64,000 nucleotides of DNA, taken from NCBI RefSeq assembly GCF_000143415.4, contig NW_003314281.1, forward strand, positions 1,220,481 to 1,284,480, read 5' to 3'. Numbering within the stretch: position 1 is the first letter of the stretch; each line of letters starts with the position of its first letter. The position numbers and the translations under genes were made by a program. The DNA comes from Selaginella moellendorffii (Eukaryota; Plantae; Lycopodiophyta). The notes below the pieces were generated by a model. That model was not told where the DNA came from and ran no database searches. It saw nothing but the letters and a program-made list of their open reading frames with translations. Positions 60,060 through 64,000 of the stretch are shown here, in pieces.

Positions 60060-60790
60060 ATTTTTAAACAACTCCAATCTCGGCATGTACCTGTTGTGGG
60101 CCTTGTCACCAAGCCGCTGGGGAAGAGATCTGCGGAAGGGATGGTTCTCCATGGCGGGAAGGCGTGCCGCTTGTGGTGGATGGGCATCGCGTCTCGGAGC
60201 TCTGTGGGAGAGGACTCGCGAAGATCCGCTGCGGATCACGGGGAGGAGTGAAGTGCCACGGCTTGTGCGATGCCAGGAAGTTGTGCCTGAAGTTTATGCT
60301 GTTCTCAAGAGCATGCCTCGGACTGAGAGCCTCAGGCGTTTCACAGGCCGCACTCACATCGAGGGAGTGTAACTATATGTTGGAATCACTTAAGACCTAT
60401 GATCCAAACTATGCCATTTAATCAAAAAGCTTGGGCAAGCGACAGTGACAACGATCCCACGACGCCGCCGCTCATGCGCAGGATCACTCCAAGTTCAGCT
60501 TTTAGATTCTCCGACCATGACTCCCGCATTGACACCATTACATAATTGCCACCAACTATAGAGAATATCAGTGTTTTGTATTGGCTATGTTTTTGTTTGC
60601 TGACAGTGTTTTTATTTCCCTTTGGTTCTAGAAATTAGTCTGGTTTGTTTGACCAGAACAGTCAACGGCGAGCCGGCATAGTCAACGGCAAGGAGAGGTA
60701 CAGTCAACGACATGGATATCTTAAGTTGACACCAACATAAGACTTGAAGTTTGTATCCATTCCAGTCATTTGGTAAAGTCTAGGAAGAGT

Positions 60791-62606
60791 TTAGCTAGCC
60801 CATGCAGGAAGGGGGCACTCAAACGACCACTCCTCGCAAGAATATTGCACACAATGCAGCCATAGCCCGTCGGAGTCGTCGTCATAGCCCGACGGTCCCA
60901 AGCGTGGACAATGCGTACACAGTGGATCCGTCTCAAAACTTGGTTCTTCTCGATCATCGTCGACCTTCCTGGAATCTGATCAACAGAAAGGTGTCATTCG
61001 AAAGAAAGAAGAGAATGAAGTGATAAGAGCTTGTTTGTTTACCTTGTGCCTGTTGCTGGCGGCTCATGCCACTCCTTGCTGCCGAGTCTGCTGTTCCACC
61101 CCTTTTAGAGCGTTTTGGAGGATTTTCATGAAGGTAAAGATCGTCGTTGGCGATGGGGTGTTTTAAGTGCTGCAAATGGACGCGTATCTAGAATGTGAGA
61201 GGAAAAAGCTTAGCAAACGAATCAAGAGACTAAGTTTCTTGCCTGGTGAGTTCTTCCTGTCAGAGGTTTGCATTCAACGATGCTGGACACTCCATCCGTG
61301 CTTAGACGCACAAACCTCGTACAAGCTTCTTTCCCTTTGCTATCCTGTTCTTCGCAAACCTGAAAAACGTGAGAGCTGCAGTAAGCAACTGCTAACAATT
61401 GTGATGTTTACCTCCACAGTGCTCCTCCCTTCCCGTGCATCGTAATGAACAGCAGCATTCACCACCACCTGAGAAAAATCTTACAAGAGCGTCATCGAGA
61501 GCGGTTTTTTACCTCTTCTTCTGGAAACACGCCAGTTACTTTAGCAACGTATACTTTGCGAACTCTACCATTCTCGATCTGCAAGCATCACACAAAGACG
61601 TATAGCAAAATTTAAAAAGCGAAGGAAGCTTACGTCCTGCCGAAACTTGTCCGCTTTCACAGCGCTTTTGGCGAAAATAAGAAGCCCAGAAACAAGACGA
61701 TCGAGCCTGTGAACAGCTGATAGAAAATAAACGAGTTGAAAGAAAAATAGCATGAAAAGAGCTAGTTTACGGAATAAAGGTCCGGTGTTGTGCTCTGCTT
61801 GCAGGATGCCAAGCACAGTGTTCTTGCGGTACTGCCCGCAAGTATGGACCTGAAGAACAATAGTGGTGTTCAAAGTTTTCTTCCTTGCAAGTAGTAGAAT
61901 TTTTTGGCACTCACTGGTATAGATGCTGGCTTGCATACTGTGAGAACTTCGGGTCCCTCGTGGAGAATTACAATACTCTCGGCCAGAACCGGTGGCTCAT
62001 GCCTGGCTATCAAAATGGGAAAGCAGACTAGAAATCAATGGAAGGACTTTAGAAGTGATGTGAAGCACCTGTGAACAAAGTGGCTCAGTTTCTGTGTCGT
62101 TCGAACTCTATATTCACTCTCACATTTTTTATCCTCTAACAAAATCCGGCCTGATCGAACAGCATCAACCTGCAAGAACAATGCCAGGTTTGATCTTTGC
62201 TTTCCAAGGAAAAACTCACATAATACTCATACGGCCTTTGCCTGAATTCGTCGGCAAACATGTCCACGATTGTCTTTCCAGACCATCGCTGCTTCACCTG
62301 AGCAACGAGAAAAAGAGAGATCAAAATCAAGTTTTTCTTTCGAAATCGGAGAAACAAAAAAAGGAGAGAAGGTTTTCTTTCCAAACCACTTACAAGCGCA
62401 ATGAACTGGGAGCCAGAAAAAAAAGATAGATAGAAACCACTTACATGAGCAATGAACTCGAAATAATACGGTAGCACGAATCGCTTTCCTGTGACACAAT
62501 GAAATGCAGGCGCTAGCTCACGGCCAGAAAATTCCATCGTTTTCTTACCGCCCACGATGATGTAATGCGAGGGAAGGATGGGCGTGTCGGGGTTCTCCCA
62601 CTCCAT
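60791..62606 (-). CDS. RluA-family RNA pseudouridine synthase (plant RPUSD7 type), multi-exon
   Basis: [23 protein letters not shown], catalytic [20 protein letters not shown]-terminal LWLHC...ECPLPAWAS*. Confidence 0.9.
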
Positions 62607-62700
62607 TGCTGTCTAAACCCTAAACGTAGTTTAAAACATAATTATATCTTATCAATATTTTATCTATTCCGAGTTAACGCTGTTTAGGGTTTCTTTAGCT

Positions 62701-64000
62701 ATGGAGGGAACGCGCGATCGTGAGCCCCAGGAGATCTCCCGGCTCTTGGAGGTAATGCGCATTGGATTTTCATTCTCACTCCATCTCCTCAGGCGCTCAG
62801 AGTGCCGCGGGAGCTCACGAGGTCCTACGCGAGCAGCCAGGAGCAAGACGGTGCCAGGGCCGAGTTCCTGGCGTCGTCGCGCGAGGCGCTGGTCGCCCTG
62901 AGAGCAGCGCTTGTGTCTGGGAAATGGGACAAGCCTCGCGAGAGAGAGGTGATCTCTACGCTCGCTAATTTTGCTTGTGGCGAAGTGGAGTGGACGACGG
63001 ACGAGCTCAGGGAGATTGCAGTCAGTGCGATCGATTGTCTCGGCTCGTCTAGGCAGCAGCTGGTTTTGGATCACTTGCGAGAACTCTTGCTGGAGATCCA
63101 CGCAAGTTTGAGGCATGGAACAAGAGAGGCCACTGCTCAAAGCTTGTATGAAGAAGGGCATTCTTCTCGAGACGCTTCAAATGACATCGTTCTGGCGCAT
63201 CAAATGTCTTGGATACTTTCGCAGGTAAGTCTTTGTTCTCCATCTAGCTCAAAGTCGGAAGTTTTTGGATTATCTTTCTTTGTAGATTGGCCATCCTCAT
63301 CTCGGCAAGCACTGCCAAATTATCATGCCCTGTGTTCTCACAGCTTTAGATCACTACTCACCTCCAATCAAGGTACATTCTCTTTTACAGTTTTTCCTCA
63401 GCTTGTTCCTTTTTTTTTCTCCTGTAGCGCCAAGGATTGGAATGCTGTCTCCATTTGGAGCAGGGCATGAACTCCACCGAGCTGAGGTGGTACAAAGACG
63501 TTCTACTCGATGCCGTATGTCAAAACATCGCTGGATGCGACGAGTTGTGGCCGCTGGTCGTGAAAACTGCTGTTCGCCTTGTGACGCGTATAGAAGGACG
63601 GAATCCCGCTCGCCTTGGTAAGACGAAAGCTCCTTTTTGAGTTTGATCAGGAAAAATCTCTAAGGCATCCACACAGGTACAGGAAAATCCTGGCTGAGAT
63701 GCTGGGTGAGCTTGAGAGGCATCCGGACGACAAGGAGAAAACGAATGTGTTCCTCCAAGAGATCGGACCTCAACTCAAGGCGATGGGTCTTGTGTTGGTC
63801 GCTCTTTTCAAGAGACTGTTCGCTCTTCTCTTCTACTGGCTTGACACTGGAGACAAAAGGACGTCCATTCTGGTGAGAATTCAACGGAAATTACGTTCCT
63901 TCGTCCTGATGACAATTTTTTTTCTTCGCGTAGGTTCTTTCTTGCTTGCGGGCTGTGATTACTCACACTTGGGTCCGAATACCGCATCTTGCAAACAGGT
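62701..64000 (+). CDS. TTI2-family ARM protein (At2g39910-like), runs off the window
   Basis: IMPCVLTALDHYSPPIK and DVLLDAVCQNIAGCDELW. Short GT-AG introns. Confidence 0.72.

Noticed and set aside
60658-60710. Triple AGTCAACG (W-box-like) repeat
   Set aside because: Short, lies downstream of a gene, and there is no evidence of function.
25001-62606. Pseudouridine synthase and pseudouridine glycosidase as a functional gene cluster
   Set aside because: They are 34 kb apart with many unrelated genes between them; probably coincidence.

Overview
Gene-dense nuclear DNA of a compact land-plant genome. The ~45-90 nt introns, very short intergenic gaps, SS-motif-rich PPR genes and an Orai homologue fit a lycophyte such as Selaginella (inferred, not verified). 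About 27 protein-coding genes can be supported: three PLS-class PPRs, a J-domain/ferredoxin chaperone, a TMKL1-type LRR pseudokinase, a lipase, a nuclear maturase, MED19, ORC2, a DAZ1-like C2H2 zinc finger, pseudouridine-5'-phosphate glycosidase, two XTHs, an Orai-like channel, two B3 proteins, an ATI3-like protein, complex I P1, a CCCH protein, RabD, APC8, an ARM protein, DExH8, a kinase, an RluA-type pseudouridine synthase, TTI2 and one unassigned ORF. There are also three tRNA genes, several pseudogene fragments (VPS4, beta-COP, PPR, PUMY), a ~3 kb segmental duplication and a PIF/Harbinger remnant. Highlights: (1) a PPR whose first exons encode an OSB-type PDF ssDNA-binding motif, not visible in the ORF track; (2) an Orai channel with Gln at the E106 selectivity-filter position; (3) tRNA genes 34-55 bp head-to-head with organellar RNA-maturation genes; (4) an ATI3-like protein ending in an ATG8-interacting motif; (5) two micro-inversions and a G13 frameshift. 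Family assignments come from recalled motifs, not from database searches.
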